From assembly GCA_965203905.1 (NCBI GenBank), contig CBDBDQ010000005.1:192001-256000 (forward strand): a stretch of 64,000 nucleotides of DNA, given 5' to 3'. Positions 29,799 through 39,820 of the stretch are shown one piece after another. The notes beneath the pieces were generated by a model that ran no database searches, was not told the origin of the DNA, and saw nothing but the letters and a program-made list of their open reading frames with translations. Numbering within the stretch: position 1 is the first letter of the stretch; every line of letters begins with the position of its first letter. A program made the translations under genes and the position numbers. The DNA is from Spirochaetia bacterium. GTDB taxonomy: Bacteria; Spirochaetota; Spirochaetia; SZUA-6; Bin103.

Positions 29799-31273
29799 GG
29801 GCGCTCTCCCGCGTAGAACGCTTCGGCGGTGAAGCGGTCGGGGAACAGCGTCACAAAGTGGGCAATCAGCAACTGCCGCGCCAGCAGGCGCTTGTACTCC
29901 GCCGACCCGCGCACGTCCGAGATCGGCGCGATCTCCCGCTGCGAGATGCGCACCGCCTCCCACGCCGTGTCCAGGTCGAGCACGCGGCCGCGCACCGCCT
30001 GAGAGGTCTCATGCAGGTAGAGCGGGATGGGGGCCACGCCGCCGAGGCTGAAGTGGGCTTCATCGATCGTATCTCCGGTACAGCGGATCGAGCAGGCGCT
30101 GTTGACCGAGGCGATGTCGAGGCAGGTGCGCTTGGAGACCTTCTCGAAGTTGACCCGCGCGCCGGTCGGATCGGCGAACGCCACCGCGGTGAGCAACTCG
30201 CCCGGCCGCAGGTCGATCTGCTTGTAGCCGCGGTAGAACTCTTTCAGAGAAACGGACCGCTGCGTGGCGCCCTGTTCCAGCACGACGCGGGCATCGAGCG
30301 CCAGCAGGAGAGCGGTGAAGTCGCCGATCGGTGAGGCGTTGACGATATTGCCGGCGAGCGTGGCGCGGTTCCGAATCTGCCAGGAGGCGATCAGGTGATT
30401 GAACGCCGCGATGCCGGGAATCGCCGCGATCACCGCCGGGTGGGTGCCGAGCTCCTCGAAGGTGGTGAGGGCACCCACCCGGAACTCGCCTGCGGTGCGG
30501 CGGACACCCTTCAGATCCGGGCGCCGTCCCAGCACGGCGACGTGGCGCTCCGGAATCGTCTCACCCTGTTGCACATACAGATCGGTGCCGCCTGCAATGA
30601 GCAGCTCCGGCGCTGGCGGTCGAGAGCCGTCGCCATCCCCCGACCCGGCAGCCGTCTCCGCCGCGGCGCTCGCGGCGCACAGGCCCCGCAACCGTTGGGG
30701 AATGCCGGTGAAGTACTCCGGCAGTGCCCCGGCGGCGGCCAGCGCCGGTACGCGGCTGCCGCTCCCGTTGGTCTGCAGCCGACTGCCGAGGTCGCGCTCC
30801 AGGGTGGCCGCGCAGTCCTTGAGCGAGCGGTACCCGGTGCAGCGGCACAGGTGCCCGCTCAGGGCGTACTTTACGTCGTCGAGGGAGAGTCCCTTGGCGT
30901 TGTCCAGCAGCAGGCCGTGCAGCGACACCACGATGCCGGGGGTGCAGAACCCGCACTGGGTGCCGCCGAACTCCACGATCGCCTCCTGCACCGGATTGAG
31001 GCCGGCCTGGTTGCAGCCCTCGATGGTGACCACGTGCTTGCCGTGCACCTCGGCCAACGGCACCAGGCAGGAGGTGACCGGTTGGTAGCGGACGGAATCC
31101 CCTTCCAGCTCGCCGATCAGGATCGCGCAGGCGCCGCAGTCCCCCTCCTTGCAGCCCTCCTTGGTGCCGGTCAGCCGCTCGCTGTTGCGCAGAAAGTCGA
31201 GCACCAGCAGGCCCGCGGGAGCGTCGGTCTTCACCTCCCCGTCGTTGAGGATGAAGCGGATGCTCGGCGGCAT
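29795..31273 (-). CDS. xdhA: Xanthine dehydrogenase 2Fe-2S/FAD subunit
   Basis: GTKEGCKEGDCGAC, QCGFCTPG, LCRCTGY, AGGTDL and NASPIGD motifs. Confidence 0.93.
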   Translation of the reverse strand: MPPSIRFILNDGEVKTDAPAGLLVLDFLRNSERLTGTKEGCKEGDCGACAILIGELEGDSVRYQPVTSCLVPLAEVHGKHVVTIEGCNQAGLNPVQEAIVEFGGTQCGFCTPGIVVSLHGLLLDNAKGLSLDDVKYALSGHLCRCTGYRSLKDCAATLERDLGSRLQTNGSGSRVPALAAAGALPEYFTGIPQRLRGLCAASAAAETAAGSGDGDGSRPPAPELLIAGGTDLYVQQGETIPERHVAVLGRRPDLKGVRRTAGEFRVGALTTFEELGTHPAVIAAIPGIAAFNHLIASWQIRNRATLAGNIVNASPIGDFTALLLALDARVVLEQGATQRSVSLKEFYRGYKQIDLRPGELLTAVAFADPTGARVNFEKVSKRTCLDIASVNSACSIRCTGDTIDEAHFSLGGVAPIPLYLHETSQAVRGRVLDLDTAWEAVRISQREIAPISDVRGSAEYKRLLARQLLIAHFVTLFPDRFTAEAFYAGERP

Positions 31274-31277
31274 CGGG

Positions 31278-32246
31278 TTAGGCGCCGCGGTTACGTTGGC
31301 GCAGGATCTGCGCGGCGACGCTGACGGCGATCTCCTCGGGAGTGTCGCTGCCGATGTCGAGGCCCACCGGTGCGTGCACTCGATCCAGCGTCTCCTGCGC
31401 CATCCCCTCCTCCCGCAACTGGGTGAAGATCCGGCCGATCTTGCGCCTGCCGCCCATCAGGCCGACAAACGGGACCGGCTGGTCCGCCACCCCGAGCAAC
31501 GCCCGCACGTCGGTCTGAAAGTCCGCGGTCATCACCACCACGGCGGTCAGTTCGGGATAGCCGATCAGCGGACCCGCCGCCGCGTAGTCCGCCACCTGGG
31601 ATACGGTTCCGACCGCCGCGGCGCGGTCGTGGGTGACCACTTCCGTGCGGGTGTCGAAGATCTGCGTCCGGTACCCGAGCCGGGCCATAACCTCGGCCAG
31701 GGCCACCGCGCAATGACCGCCGCCGATCACCGCCAGCCGGCGCCGGTTGAGCAGGTCTTCCTCATAGCGCCAGCCCTCCCCTTCCCCGGAAAGTGCGAAG
31801 GGTGGGCGGGAGAAGTCCGGCTTCCGATCCAAGAGCCGCAGGCCGTTCGCGTCGATCGTCATCCAGGCGGGCCGATCCTCCCGCAACGCGGCGCCAATCG
31901 CACTCACGCTGGCCCGGTCACGGTCGCCGGCCAGCATGCAGAAGACGTTGGTCTGACTGCCCTCGCAGACCATGCCGGACCGCTCTCCCTCGGCCGTGTC
32001 GCTGTGCACCAGGGTGTGCTTCTCCGGCTGCGCCCCACCGCTGCGCAGCAACTCCCGCGCCTGCTCCACCAGCCGATGCTCCATCATGCCGCCACCGATG
32101 GTCCCGTGCAGGCCCCCGCCCTCGGCCACCAGCAGCTTCGCGCCGGCGGTACCCGGCGAGCCGCGGGTATGCTCAGCCACACAGGCAACGAACACCCGCT
32201 CTCCCCGCTCCAGGTAATCGCCCACCCGCTCCCAGAATGCACTCAT
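31278..32246 (-). CDS. xdhC: XdhC/CoxI family Moco chaperone
   Basis: GSPG, GTIGGG, GGGHCA and APVGLDIGSDTPEEIAVS motifs. Confidence 0.88.
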   Translation of the reverse strand: MSAFWERVGDYLERGERVFVACVAEHTRGSPGTAGAKLLVAEGGGLHGTIGGGMMEHRLVEQARELLRSGGAQPEKHTLVHSDTAEGERSGMVCEGSQTNVFCMLAGDRDRASVSAIGAALREDRPAWMTIDANGLRLLDRKPDFSRPPFALSGEGEGWRYEEDLLNRRRLAVIGGGHCAVALAEVMARLGYRTQIFDTRTEVVTHDRAAAVGTVSQVADYAAAGPLIGYPELTAVVVMTADFQTDVRALLGVADQPVPFVGLMGGRRKIGRIFTQLREEGMAQETLDRVHAPVGLDIGSDTPEEIAVSVAAQILRQRNRGA

Positions 32247-32559
32247 CCGTCATCTCATGATAGCCGATCGGACTATCTGCGACACTACCTCCAACGAGTG
32301 CGGACCCGAAAGACGCGCCCCTGACGTGAGAGTCCCGCCGGTGGGCGGACCACGTCGGGCTTGTCAGAGTAACAGCACCTCCGACGCCATCGTACTTGCT
32401 CTCCTTCGCCATGCGGATGGCTGCAAGTGTGCTCGACTTCTGGCGAGCATGGTTCGATTGTGGTACTCTCCCTCCGTTGCAAAATGTGCCTGTGCCATGC
32501 CATATGCCGATTGATACCCTACACACCAAGCCCGCGTCATAAAGCGCGGGTGCACAACC

Positions 32560-33849
32560 ATGGTTAAGAGGCTCATAGTAGATCGATTCAAGTCGATTCG
32601 CACCGCCACCCTCGAGCTTGGACGAATTAACTTGCTCATCGGTGGGAATGGTGCCGGAAAGTCCAATATTCTCGAAGCGATAGGTGTCATGTCTGCCGCG
32701 GCATACCGAGGTCTTGGCGACAGCGATCTGGCAAGAAAAGGTGTACGAATCACGCCTCCTGCGTTGATGAAGTCAGCATTCAAGAACTACGAACTTCCGA
32801 AGACGCTACAACTTACCGCCGAACTAGAAGGGGCCGTAACTTACAAGATCAATCTCACGGGAAGAGACGATGACCCATTGCTTGCGTTCTTCAGCGAGAG
32901 TTGTACGTACGGAAATCGCAAGATGTTCGGTCAAGGGACCAATGGCGTTCAAGTATTGGGGAAGAGCATCTACGACGACATCTATATCAATCGGAGCATT
33001 TGGGATCAAGTACGTTTCGGTCACAAGTTTCCGGCTCGCGTCAGACAAGCATTTCATATGCTCTCCGAGTACGCAATCTACTCACCACAGACCGATTTCT
33101 TGCGTGGCAAGACAGGGAGTGTCGATACTCCACCCGTCGGCTTGCATGGTGAAGGTCTGCCACAGGCTGTTCGTGGATTGATTGCACAGATAACGAAGTT
33201 GAAGAACCCAAAATCGAATTCGAAGTACTCGTCTCAACAAGATCATTCCTGGAAGCTCAAACGTCGGGCGCTCGACTTGGCTTACCTGCCACGCTGGGCT
33301 AGCGGTGTCCGTGTTGGTAGAATCGACAGTCATTTGGTGCCTAGAGCTTTGCTCGATCAAGGAGAAGATACGGTCTACTTTCTCGACCGATTCATGCATT
33401 TGAAGAGACGTACACTATCGGTGTACGACAGTAGTGAGGGAACACTGTTCCTTCTCTTCATCGCCGTCCTACTCGCGCACGACGAGTCCCCGAATCTGTT
33501 CGCTTTGGACAATGTCGACAGTGCATTGAACCCCCGAATGACCAGATCGTTGCTTGAGACGGTGATCGAGACGACCAAAGACGCGGCCGCTCACGACTTG
33601 CATTGCGGACCCAGACAAGTCTTCCTTACCAGCCACAATCCTACGTCGCTGGACGCATTTGACTTGTTTGACGACGACCAACGCATCTTCGTAGTCGAGC
33701 GAGATGACATCGGTCAGACGGTCGTGACCCGGCTCCGACCGAGGCCGGGGATGTCGAGAGACGACTGGGAGGAAGCCAAGAACGGTCGGAATCTATCGCA
33801 GCTCTGGTTGGACGGTGAGATCCGCGGTGCTCTTGGACAGAGAGTATAG
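32560..33849 (+). CDS. ABC-type (AAA_21) ATPase of cassette 2
   Basis: GGNGAGKS, SSEGT signature, FALDNVDSALN variant Walker B, TSHN, and LSQLWLDG C-terminus; lower GC. Confidence 0.85.
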   Translation: MVKRLIVDRFKSIRTATLELGRINLLIGGNGAGKSNILEAIGVMSAAAYRGLGDSDLARKGVRITPPALMKSAFKNYELPKTLQLTAELEGAVTYKINLTGRDDDPLLAFFSESCTYGNRKMFGQGTNGVQVLGKSIYDDIYINRSIWDQVRFGHKFPARVRQAFHMLSEYAIYSPQTDFLRGKTGSVDTPPVGLHGEGLPQAVRGLIAQITKLKNPKSNSKYSSQQDHSWKLKRRALDLAYLPRWASGVRVGRIDSHLVPRALLDQGEDTVYFLDRFMHLKRRTLSVYDSSEGTLFLLFIAVLLAHDESPNLFALDNVDSALNPRMTRSLLETVIETTKDAAAHDLHCGPRQVFLTSHNPTSLDAFDLFDDDQRIFVVERDDIGQTVVTRLRPRPGMSRDDWEEAKNGRNLSQLWLDGEIRGALGQRV

Positions 33850-33852
33850 TCC

Positions 33853-34535
33853 ATGCGCATCGGCGTCGTATGTGAAGGTCCGACGGACGCTCACGCGATT
33901 GCGTGTTTCTTGCAGGCGTCACTGACCCACCGCGGAATCACGCCGGAATTCATTCCGATTCAACCCGACACAGACAACACGAGACCACTCGACGGTGGGT
34001 GGGGCGCAGTGTTTCTTTGGCTGCAGAAAAACCCACCGAGATCAAGGACCAGGACCTATTTCCATGGAGGTCTATTTGACTACGATCTGTCGATATACTC
34101 TCAGACCTGGGCTTCCAGCGCTGGACGAAAGAGCACTACGACCACTCTGTGGCAGACCACCCGGACCCACTCGAACGTGGGAACGAAATCACACAAATCA
34201 TCAAGATTGTAGGAGAATTCGCAACGCTTACAACCGCTGACTTGAGACGGCACATTCCCGCACCATCCGTAGAGTCAACAGAAACATGGTGCATCGCAGC
34301 GTTCCGACAGCTTTCTGTCGATCCAGAAACTCTTCGCGGAATTGCGCTTTGTCGGGAATTCATGACTGCTCTGCATCGATTCGAGAACCGCCCGATGGAA
34401 GACTTCGTTCACATCGACAAGAACCCTGACCGAAGACTTCCCTATTGTGTGAATCATTCAGGCGGGTTTCCTCGTCTAGAGAACCAATGCTATCACTATC
34501 GCAATTTGGTGGATGCGCTTGTCAACAGCAACTGA
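33853..34535 (+). pseudogene. TOPRIM-like ATPase partner, split by a frameshifting lesion near 34090
   Basis: MRIGVVCEGPTD N-terminus in one frame; DILSDLGFQRW...APSVESTETWC C-terminal half in another. Confidence 0.65.
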
Positions 34536-34781
34536 TTCGAGGCGCCGCGCTACGCAAAAGCAACGTTCTTGCACCGCCCACCTTCCATCGCGAGGAGCTT
34601 GTCGGCTCATCTCGCCAGAGCCTCTCAGACCATCATGCCTTGGCTTACCAAGCGTCCCATTCCGGAAGCCAGCGGGTTTCGGCGCCGCCAGCTCCTCGGT
34701 ATGGGCGGCGGTAGGTTGTAGCGCGCGGACCGGCCGGCGGCTGGCTCGTGGCACGAGGGCGACTCTGGTACCCTGTGACCG

Positions 34782-36311
34782 ATGCAACGCAACGGTGAGC
34801 GGACGGGCGGCGGTCTGCCCGACATCATCATCTTCAACCCTGACCAGTGGCGGGGGGACGTGCTTGGCCACGTGGGCAACCCGGCCGCGGTGACCCCGGC
34901 GATCGACCGCCTGGTGGCGGAAGAGGGAGTCTCGTTCTCGCGTGCGTTCTGCCAGAACCCGGTGTGCACGCCGAGCCGCTGCAGCTTCATGAGCGGCTGG
35001 TATCCGCACGTGCGCGGCCACCGCACCATGCACCACATGCTGCACTCCGAGTGGAACGAGCCCAACCTGCTGCGCATTCTCAAGCAGCACGGCTACTTCG
35101 TATGGTGGGGCGGCAAGAACGACCTGGTGCCGGGGCAGGGCGACTTCTCTCCCTACTGCGACGTGAAGTTCGAGCCGACCGACGAGGACTACCGGCGCTG
35201 GGGCTGCACCCGGCGGGAGGGCACCCACGGCGGCGATCTGCACTGGCGCGGCGACCCGAAGGGCGACAACTTCTACAGCTTCTTCAAGGGGCGGCTGGAC
35301 CGGGAAGACGATCCGTTCTACTGCGACCGCGACTGGGCGAACGTGCTCGGCGCCATCGACTTCCTGCGCGACTACCGCGGCGACCAGCCGGTTTGCGTCT
35401 ACCTGCCGCTCTCCTTTCCGCACCCGCCCTACTGCGTGGAGGAGCCGTGGTACGGCATCACCGACCGCGCCGCCTTGCCCCCGCGCATCCCGGCGCCCGC
35501 CGACGAGACCGGCAAGCCATCGCTTCTGGGCGGCATCCGCCGCGGCCAGCGGCTGCAGGGCTGGAGCGAGGAGCGCTGGACCGAGCTGCGGGCGACCTAC
35601 TACGGGATGTGCGCGCGCGTCGATCACCAGTTCGGCCTGCTCTGCGATGCCCTGCGCGAGCGCGGGCGCTACGACGCCGCCGCGATCTTCCTGTTCTCCG
35701 ACCACGGGGACTTCACCGGCGACTACGGGCTGGTGGAGAAGACCCAGAATACGTTCGAGGACTGCCTGACGCGGGTGCCGCTGGTGGTCAAGCCACCGGC
35801 AGGGGTGCCGGTGACGCCGCGCGTCTGCGATGCCCTGGTGGAGCTGGTGGACTTCTCGGCGACGGTGTACGACCTGACCGGGATCGCCCCCGGCTACGAC
35901 CACTTCGGGCGCAGCCTGCTGCCCCTGGTGGCCGATGCCAGCACCGGTGGTGGACGTGACGCCGTGTTCTGCGAAGGCGGACGGCGTCTCGGCGAGGTGC
36001 AGGCCTCCGAGTTGGAGAGCGCCAGCGCCGGCGGCTCGCTCGGCCTGTACGCACCGCGGGTTCAACTTCAGGTTCAACTCGATGCGCCGTACCACAGCAA
36101 GGCAACCATGTGCCGCACGGCGACCCACAAGTACGTCCAACGCCTGTACGAGAGCGACGAGCTTTACGACCTGGGGCTCGATCCGGGGGAGCAGCGCAAC
36201 GTGATCGACGATCCCGCGTACCGCGACCTGCTCGCGGAACTGCGGCTGCGGCTGCTGCGCTGGTACCAGGAGACCTGCGACGTGGTTCCGCGCGTCACCG
36301 ACCGCCGTTGA
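34782..36311 (+). CDS. Cys-type sulfatase (family S1)
   Basis: DQWRGD, CTPSRCSFMSG, PHPPY and SDHGDF motifs. Confidence 0.9.
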   Translation: MQRNGERTGGGLPDIIIFNPDQWRGDVLGHVGNPAAVTPAIDRLVAEEGVSFSRAFCQNPVCTPSRCSFMSGWYPHVRGHRTMHHMLHSEWNEPNLLRILKQHGYFVWWGGKNDLVPGQGDFSPYCDVKFEPTDEDYRRWGCTRREGTHGGDLHWRGDPKGDNFYSFFKGRLDREDDPFYCDRDWANVLGAIDFLRDYRGDQPVCVYLPLSFPHPPYCVEEPWYGITDRAALPPRIPAPADETGKPSLLGGIRRGQRLQGWSEERWTELRATYYGMCARVDHQFGLLCDALRERGRYDAAAIFLFSDHGDFTGDYGLVEKTQNTFEDCLTRVPLVVKPPAGVPVTPRVCDALVELVDFSATVYDLTGIAPGYDHFGRSLLPLVADASTGGGRDAVFCEGGRRLGEVQASELESASAGGSLGLYAPRVQLQVQLDAPYHSKATMCRTATHKYVQRLYESDELYDLGLDPGEQRNVIDDPAYRDLLAELRLRLLRWYQETCDVVPRVTDRR

Positions 36312-36330
36312 GACCAGCGAGCGGGGTGGA

Positions 36331-36358
36331 TCCATCGCAGCCGCTCCGCTGCGATGGA
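36331..36358. terminator. Hairpin between convergent genes
   Basis: TCCATCGCAGC-cgctcc-GCTGCGATGGA perfect 11-bp stem. Confidence 0.45.
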
Positions 36359-36412
36359 AGCCGCGCGCCTGCCGGCTGGTTCGCCGGCGTGACCGCGAGA
36401 CGACGCCTTACG

Positions 36413-37222
36413 TCATGTCGGGCTCGCGATGACCGCGGGCTGGTCTTCGGGACTGTAGAAGTAGGCGCCCGGCCGCCACTCCGCGCTCAGGTCGCCGAGC
36501 AGGCGCCGCTGCCGGGGGGTGCAGCGGTCCAGCAGATCCGGGGCGTGACCGTTGAAGTCGAAGGTGCGGAAGCACATCTGGCTGTAGCAGTAGATCAGCG
36601 ACTTGCGGGCGCGGCGGGAGTGGTTGGTCGACACGCCGTGCCACAGCGCGTGGGGGAAGATGACCGCGTCACCTGCCTCGGCGCAGAGCTGCACCGCACC
36701 GGGCGTGGAGGTGGTGACCGGGTTGTCCCCCTCGGGATAGGGACGCAGATGGCTGCCGGGAAAGAGGGTGAAGTTGCCGCTGCCGGGCCTGCGGAGGTCG
36801 GTCAGGAAGTACTGCACCTTGATCTGCAGCGGCCAGCTCGTCTCGCTCACGCGGATGCGGCGCAGCGCCTCGCCGCCGTCGGTGTGGATGTAGCCCTTGT
36901 CCTCGGGGTTGGGCGGACGCACGATCGCTTCCGCCATGCTGAGTTGAACGTAGGGGCCCATCAGCTCCACCACCGGTTCCAGGATGGACGCATGGTCGAT
37001 CAGGTCGATGAACTCCTGGCTGTCGGGCAGGATGTTGCGGCGGTCCATGCCCGGCCGCGCCTGGGCATGGGCGTTGCTCCGGATTTCCCTCCGGTACAAC
37101 CGGTCGACCTGGCGCAGCAGCCGGGTCACCATCGTTTTCGGCAGCGCACCCTTCAGCACCAGATAGCCGTCGCTTGCCCATTGGCGCCGCTCGGTGTCGG
37201 TCAGTGCGCCGTCTCGGACCAT
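36413..37222 (-). CDS. Phytanoyl-CoA dioxygenase (PhyH) family Fe(II)/2OG oxygenase
   Basis: DGYLVL, HTD...PGSH...AGDAVIF..LWHG facial triad; AGGAGG SD before ATG 37222. Confidence 0.85.
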   Translation of the reverse strand: MVRDGALTDTERRQWASDGYLVLKGALPKTMVTRLLRQVDRLYRREIRSNAHAQARPGMDRRNILPDSQEFIDLIDHASILEPVVELMGPYVQLSMAEAIVRPPNPEDKGYIHTDGGEALRRIRVSETSWPLQIKVQYFLTDLRRPGSGNFTLFPGSHLRPYPEGDNPVTTSTPGAVQLCAEAGDAVIFPHALWHGVSTNHSRRARKSLIYCYSQMCFRTFDFNGHAPDLLDRCTPRQRRLLGDLSAEWRPGAYFYSPEDQPAVIASPT

Positions 37223-37319
37223 GGTGTACCTCCTCGCGAACACCGTGACCGTACCACCGGGGACGGACGGTATCCAGACTCCCGTGCCGGATGGGTTGCG
37301 GAATCGGGTCGCAACCGGG

Positions 37320-38711
37320 ATGCTCGGTTCCGTGACCGCTTCAGAGCGACCGCACATCGTGGTGATCGCCGCCGACACGCTCCGGCCGGCCTACCTCGGC
37401 TGTTACGGCAACACCGCCGTGCACACGCCCCACCTGGACCGGCTGGCGGCGCAGTCGCTCCGCTTCACCCGCGCCCACCCGGAGGCGCTGCCGACCATTC
37501 CGACGCGGCGCACCGTGCACGGCGGGCGGCGCGTGTACCCATTCGCCGACTACCGGCCGGTGCCGTGGGACAATGTCTACCTCCCCGGCTGGCAGCCCAT
37601 GGCGGCCGAGGAGCCGACGGTCGCCGAGGCCCTCGAAGCGGCCGGCTACCACACCGGCTTCGTCGCGGACGTACCCCACTACTTCGTGCCGGGGATGAAC
37701 TTCACCCGCGGTTTCCGCCAGTGGCAGTTCGTGCGCGGGCAGGCGGAGGACCGTTTCGGGGCCGAAGCCGCGGCCGACCCGGCATTGCTGCCGCGCTACC
37801 GGGCCAAGATCGGGCGCCGCCACCTGGTCAACGTGCGCCCGCGGGCAGCGGAAGAAGAGTGGCCGACCGCGCGCACCTTCCGCTGGGCGCAGCAGTTCCT
37901 GGAGCAGAACGCCGGCGGCGAGAAGCCGCTCTACCTGTACGTCGACAGCTTTACCCCGCACGAGACCTGGGAGGCGCCGCTGCACTACTACGACCTCTAC
38001 GGCAGCCGCGCCGAGCGCGAACCGATCTGGCTCAGCGTGCCCTACGGGCCGTTGGCGGAGGTGCCCGAACTGGAAGCGCAGCTGCCGAGCGTGCGCGCCA
38101 ACTACGCGGGCCTGGTGACCATGGTCGACCGCTGGTGCGGCCTGCTGCTGGACACCATCGACCGGCTCGGCATGCGCGACCGGACGCTGATCGTGTTCTT
38201 CAGCGACCACGGCACCAACTTCGCCGACAACCCCGAGGGGATCGTGGGCAAGCCGGCCGGCTGGATGTACCCCGGCACCATGGACATTCCGCTGTTGGTG
38301 CGGCTGCCGGACGGGCGTGGCGCCGGCACCGCGTGCGACCGCCTGGCCTCGACCGCCGACATCCCCGCGACGGTGGCCACGGCAGCCGGCCTGAGCGGGC
38401 TGCCGCTCGACGGGACCAGCCTCGCCGCAGCCGCCGACGGCGCCTACCCCGGCTACGACCACCTCACCTGCCGCTACGGCAACTTCGTCTGGTACCGCGA
38501 CCTGCGCACCTGGTTCTTCAGCGGTCTCGACTTCACCGGCCCGCGACTGTTCGACCTGGAGGCCGACCCCGCGTGCCGCAACAACGTCGCCGAGCGGCTG
38601 CCCGAACGCGCGGCGTTGGCGCGCGAGAGGATCCTGGCCGATGCCGGCGGCCGGCTGATCCGGCACGACCCGCCCGCCGCCACCGACGCCATCGGCCGGC
38701 GACCCGGCTGA
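37320..38711 (+). CDS. Sulfatase-like hydrolase with Thr at the nucleophile position
   Basis: DTLR..LGCYG, TPHLDRLA, PTIPTRR, PHETW and SDHG motifs; start 37320 or 37332. Confidence 0.8.
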   Translation: MLGSVTASERPHIVVIAADTLRPAYLGCYGNTAVHTPHLDRLAAQSLRFTRAHPEALPTIPTRRTVHGGRRVYPFADYRPVPWDNVYLPGWQPMAAEEPTVAEALEAAGYHTGFVADVPHYFVPGMNFTRGFRQWQFVRGQAEDRFGAEAAADPALLPRYRAKIGRRHLVNVRPRAAEEEWPTARTFRWAQQFLEQNAGGEKPLYLYVDSFTPHETWEAPLHYYDLYGSRAEREPIWLSVPYGPLAEVPELEAQLPSVRANYAGLVTMVDRWCGLLLDTIDRLGMRDRTLIVFFSDHGTNFADNPEGIVGKPAGWMYPGTMDIPLLVRLPDGRGAGTACDRLASTADIPATVATAAGLSGLPLDGTSLAAAADGAYPGYDHLTCRYGNFVWYRDLRTWFFSGLDFTGPRLFDLEADPACRNNVAERLPERAALARERILADAGGRLIRHDPPAATDAIGRRPG

Positions 38712-38755
38712 CCTGAGAGTCACCACCCAGCAGGAAAGGCCAAGGCCAAAGGAGA

Positions 38756-38785
38756 TTGACAATGTCGCGTCGCTGTTTATAGGCT
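38756..38785 (+). promoter_or_regulatory. Sigma-70 promoter candidate for supBCD
   Basis: TTGACA-N18-TAGGCT upstream of the ACP gene. Confidence 0.5.
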
Positions 38786-38849
38786 GCGTGAAGCTGGATC
38801 ACGTGAAGTTCGCTTTGCGTGCTCTGACATTCACCACTGGAGTGTACCT

Positions 38850-39080
38850 ATGGCAACGGCGGCTGATCGCCTCAAAGAACTCGCCAACGAACATCTGGAT
38901 CTAGGCCACGAGCCGGACTTCGACGTCAAATTCAGCGATTCCGGTGTCTCCTCCGTGGACGCGGTCGCCTTCATCAGGGTCGTGAATCAGGATTTCAACA
39001 TTACGATTCCGCCGGAGAAGGTCGCGGAGATGGAGACGCTGCGAGACCTCGCCGAATACCTGGATACGAATTCCGGGTAG
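38850..39080 (+). CDS. supB: Stand-alone acyl carrier protein (SupB type)
   Basis: 76 aa, acidic, DSGVSSVD pantetheine site, TLRDL..YLD; context next to PPTase and PKS. Confidence 0.8.
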   Translation: MATAADRLKELANEHLDLGHEPDFDVKFSDSGVSSVDAVAFIRVVNQDFNITIPPEKVAEMETLRDLAEYLDTNSG

Positions 39081-39095
39081 GCGCCCGGGTCCGCG

Positions 39096-39812
39096 ATGCC
39101 GGCGTCTGGCGTCCGTTCGATGGACGACTGTTGGTGGCGCCGATATCGTGAAACCGGCGACCGTGTCGTCATTCATGTCGACCTGACGCAGCAGGCGGCC
39201 CGCTCGGCCGCTGCCCTGGCGTGGCTCGATCAGACCGAACGGGTGCGCTGGCACCGCTACCGCTATGCCCGTCCTCGCCGTGAGTTCGGCTTGTGTCGCG
39301 CGGCGTTGCGTGCCACGCTCTGCAGCCGACTCGGCTGTGACAACCATGAACTTGCGTTCGGGACGGCGCAGCACGGAAAGCCGGTCGCCCTGGTGCGGGG
39401 CAGGCCGGCCCCAATCAGCTTCAACGTCAGTCACAGTGGCAGCCATGGACTGATCGCATTGGCGCCGGAGGGACGCATCGGGGTGGATGTGGAGGAACGG
39501 CGCTCCCGGCCCGATCCCGACGGGCCAATCCGGACGGTATTTGCGCCGGCCGAACGCGCGGAGCTTGCAGCGGCACGCGGGACCCGCAAAGTCGACCTTT
39601 TCTTCGCTCTGTGGACGATGAAGGAAGCACTGATCAAGGCTCTGGGCATAGGCTTCTCGATCGATACCTCCACGTTCGAAATCCCCCCGGAAATGCGTCG
39701 AGGCTCTCCCACCAGCGTATTTCGATTCCCGCATGCCCCGATGGTGGGATGGCGACTCGAGAATGTGGGCAACGCCAGGTTCGCAGCCGCCGTCGCCCAT
39801 GAGCTGAGCTAG
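39096..39812 (+). CDS. supC: Sfp-type 4'-phosphopantetheinyl transferase
   Basis: HGKP, FNVSHSG, IGVDVE and WTMKEALIKALG motifs. Confidence 0.88.
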   Translation: MPASGVRSMDDCWWRRYRETGDRVVIHVDLTQQAARSAAALAWLDQTERVRWHRYRYARPRREFGLCRAALRATLCSRLGCDNHELAFGTAQHGKPVALVRGRPAPISFNVSHSGSHGLIALAPEGRIGVDVEERRSRPDPDGPIRTVFAPAERAELAAARGTRKVDLFFALWTMKEALIKALGIGFSIDTSTFEIPPEMRRGSPTSVFRFPHAPMVGWRLENVGNARFAAAVAHELS

Positions 39813-39820
39813 GTACCGAC

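Noticed and set aside
32247-32559. Short ORFs and the palindrome GATAGCCGATCGGACTATC upstream of xdhC
   Set aside because: No recognisable protein; a single palindrome with no second copy to support an operator call
36110-38716. 868-aa + strand ORF and many similar Arg/Pro/Gly-rich ORFs across the window
   Set aside because: Off-frame or antisense overlaps of well-supported genes; composition reflects GC bias
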